From: an uncultured Candidatus Entotheonella sp.
GTDB taxonomy: Bacteria > Tectomicrobia > Entotheonellia > Entotheonellales > Entotheonellaceae
DNA length: 64,000 nucleotides
Reading direction: 5' to 3'
Assembly (NCBI GenBank): GCA_965217185.1
Contig: OZ244252.1
Location: 3,648,001 to 3,712,000, forward strand
The notes below the pieces were generated by a model. The model saw nothing but the letters and a program-made list of their open reading frames with translations. It was not told the DNA's origin and searched no databases. Positions 62,617 to 64,000 of this stretch are shown piece by piece. Position 1 is the first letter of the stretch. Each line of letters opens with the position of its first letter. A program made the position numbers and the translations under genes.

Positions 62617-63714
62617 ATGAAAGCCGCCATCTTCCGCAGAGCCCACGAGCCGCTCCAGATCGAATCGGTTACGGTCGACAAACCGCGCGACCGCGAAGTC
62701 CTGGTGCGTACCGCTGCCACGGGCGTCTGCCACAGCGACCTGCACTACGTCGACGGCGACCTGCCGCCGCGTGACCACCCCATGGTCATGGGGCACGAAG
62801 GGTCCGGCGTGGTCGAGGCCGTGGGCAGCGCCGTCACCACCGTTAAGCCCGGCGACCATGTGGTCGCCTGCCTGTCCGGCTTTTGCGGCGCCTGTCCGCA
62901 GTGCCTGAGCGGGCATCCCAACGTGTGCGCCACCGGCTACGTGAGCCGCGCATCCGCCACGACGCCACGCCTCAGCCTCGACGGCGAGCCCTTGATTCCC
63001 TTTGCCAACGTCGGCAGCTACGCCGAGCAGATGCTGCTACACGAGAACTCGCTGGTCAAAATCGACCGCGACATCCCCCTGGACCGCGCTGCGCTGGTCG
63101 GCTGCGGCGTGCTCACCGGCGTTGGTGCTGCGCTGCGCACCTCGGGCTTGCAGGCCGGGCAGACCGTCGCCGTGTTCGGCTGCGGCGGGGTCGGCCTGTC
63201 GATCATCCAGGGTGCCCGCATCGGCGGCGCCAGCCGCATCATCGGCATCGACAAGTTTCCCGCCAAACTGGAGCGCGCCCACAGCCTCGGCGCCACCGAC
63301 GTCATTGATTCCAGCAAAGGAGACACCGTCGCCCAGTTGCGTGAGCTCACGGGCGGGCAGGGCGTCGATCACGCCTTCGAGGCTGTCGGTCTGCCCGCCC
63401 TGGTGCGGCAGGCCGTTGAATGCCTTGCCATCCGCGGCACGGCGACCATCGTCGGCGTGCCGCCCGACGGCTCCGAGTTGTCGTTCCCCTTCAGCGCCAT
63501 CCGGCCCGAGTGCAAGGTGCAGACCTCACGCATGGGCTCCAACCAGTTCCGCACCGACATCCCGCGCTACCTGGAGTTCTACCGCCAGGGGCGCCTGAAT
63601 CTCGACGACATGGTGAGCAAACGGGGCCGTCTGGAGGACATCAACGAAGCCTTCCGGGCCATGAAGGCGGGCGAAGTGGCGCGCAGCGTGTTGACCTTCG
63701 ACGGGGCGTGTTGA
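62617..63714 (+). CDS. Zn-dependent alcohol dehydrogenase
   Basis: GVCHSDLH, GHEGSGVV, CGACPQC..C, VFGCGGVG. Confidence 0.93.
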   Translation: MKAAIFRRAHEPLQIESVTVDKPRDREVLVRTAATGVCHSDLHYVDGDLPPRDHPMVMGHEGSGVVEAVGSAVTTVKPGDHVVACLSGFCGACPQCLSGHPNVCATGYVSRASATTPRLSLDGEPLIPFANVGSYAEQMLLHENSLVKIDRDIPLDRAALVGCGVLTGVGAALRTSGLQAGQTVAVFGCGGVGLSIIQGARIGGASRIIGIDKFPAKLERAHSLGATDVIDSSKGDTVAQLRELTGGQGVDHAFEAVGLPALVRQAVECLAIRGTATIVGVPPDGSELSFPFSAIRPECKVQTSRMGSNQFRTDIPRYLEFYRQGRLNLDDMVSKRGRLEDINEAFRAMKAGEVARSVLTFDGAC

Positions 63715-63795
63715 CATGCGGGGTCGTATGGTTTAGAACCATGCGCTTACGCATCCCAAACCAAATTCTGTATGAATAGCCGATGCCTTTTGTGG

Positions 63796-63893
63796 GTCAT
63801 TCCGGCGAAAGTCGGAATCCAGCGACCTCTCCGGTTTGGGGCAGGCGCTTGGTCACCAGAAAATCTCCGGACTCCGGCATACGCCGGAATGAC
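63796..63893. repeat. Palindromic GTCATTCCGGC..GGAATCCA-type interspersed repeat
   Basis: GTCATTCCGGCGAAAGTCGGAATCCAG ... CCGGACTCCGGCATACGCCGGAATGAC. Confidence 0.8.
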
Positions 63894-63960
63894 GTGGATT
63901 TGCCCAGGGTTAAAATCGGCGCGCTCACTCAGACCTTTCCTGAATAATGAGGAGTCTATC

Positions 63961-64000
63961 TTGGCGTACGAAGCACAAATCGAAGCCGGCAAGGCGCACT
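63961..64000 (+). CDS. Start of a CDS running off the window
   Basis: GAGGAG RBS then TTG, MAYEAQIEAGKAH. Confidence 0.45.
   Translation, partial: MAYEAQIEAGKAH

Overview
GC-rich bacterial chromosome window. Gene content and repeat types loosely suggest a Tectomicrobia/Nitrospinae/delta-proteobacterial-type lineage; that is inference only. The backbone is housekeeping and metabolic: comM end, tatB-tatC-pyrE, moeA, nrdJ, pdxST, groES-groEL with CIRCE, ferredoxin, dtd, two acyl-CoA ligases, a Liv-type ABC operon, an M16 protease, a heterodimeric ABC exporter and a Zn-ADH. Notable points the ORF track misses: (1) a DsbA/thioredoxin-fold gene with an in-frame UGA at the active-site Cys followed by a SECIS-like hairpin (candidate CxxU selenoprotein), next to DUF971; (2) two apparently identical inverted 1487-bp IS copies whose target duplications are swapped, recording an inversion of the moeA-nrdJ segment; (3) a ~6-kb decayed island inside the Liv-type operon, bounded by diverged copies of the SBP promoter, holding a diversity-generating retroelement relic (FGE-sulfatase target + avd), TA pairs, an RNase H pseudogene and possible double-glycine peptide remnants; (4) a defence-type islet (Type IIG/ISP-like RM enzyme, MITE-disrupted AlbA/Schlafen gene, Panacea-like fusion + DUF2335); (5) a stand-alone CoaC/LanD-family flavoprotein lacking the PPC-decarboxylase Cys. 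Family calls come from motif recognition, not database searches.
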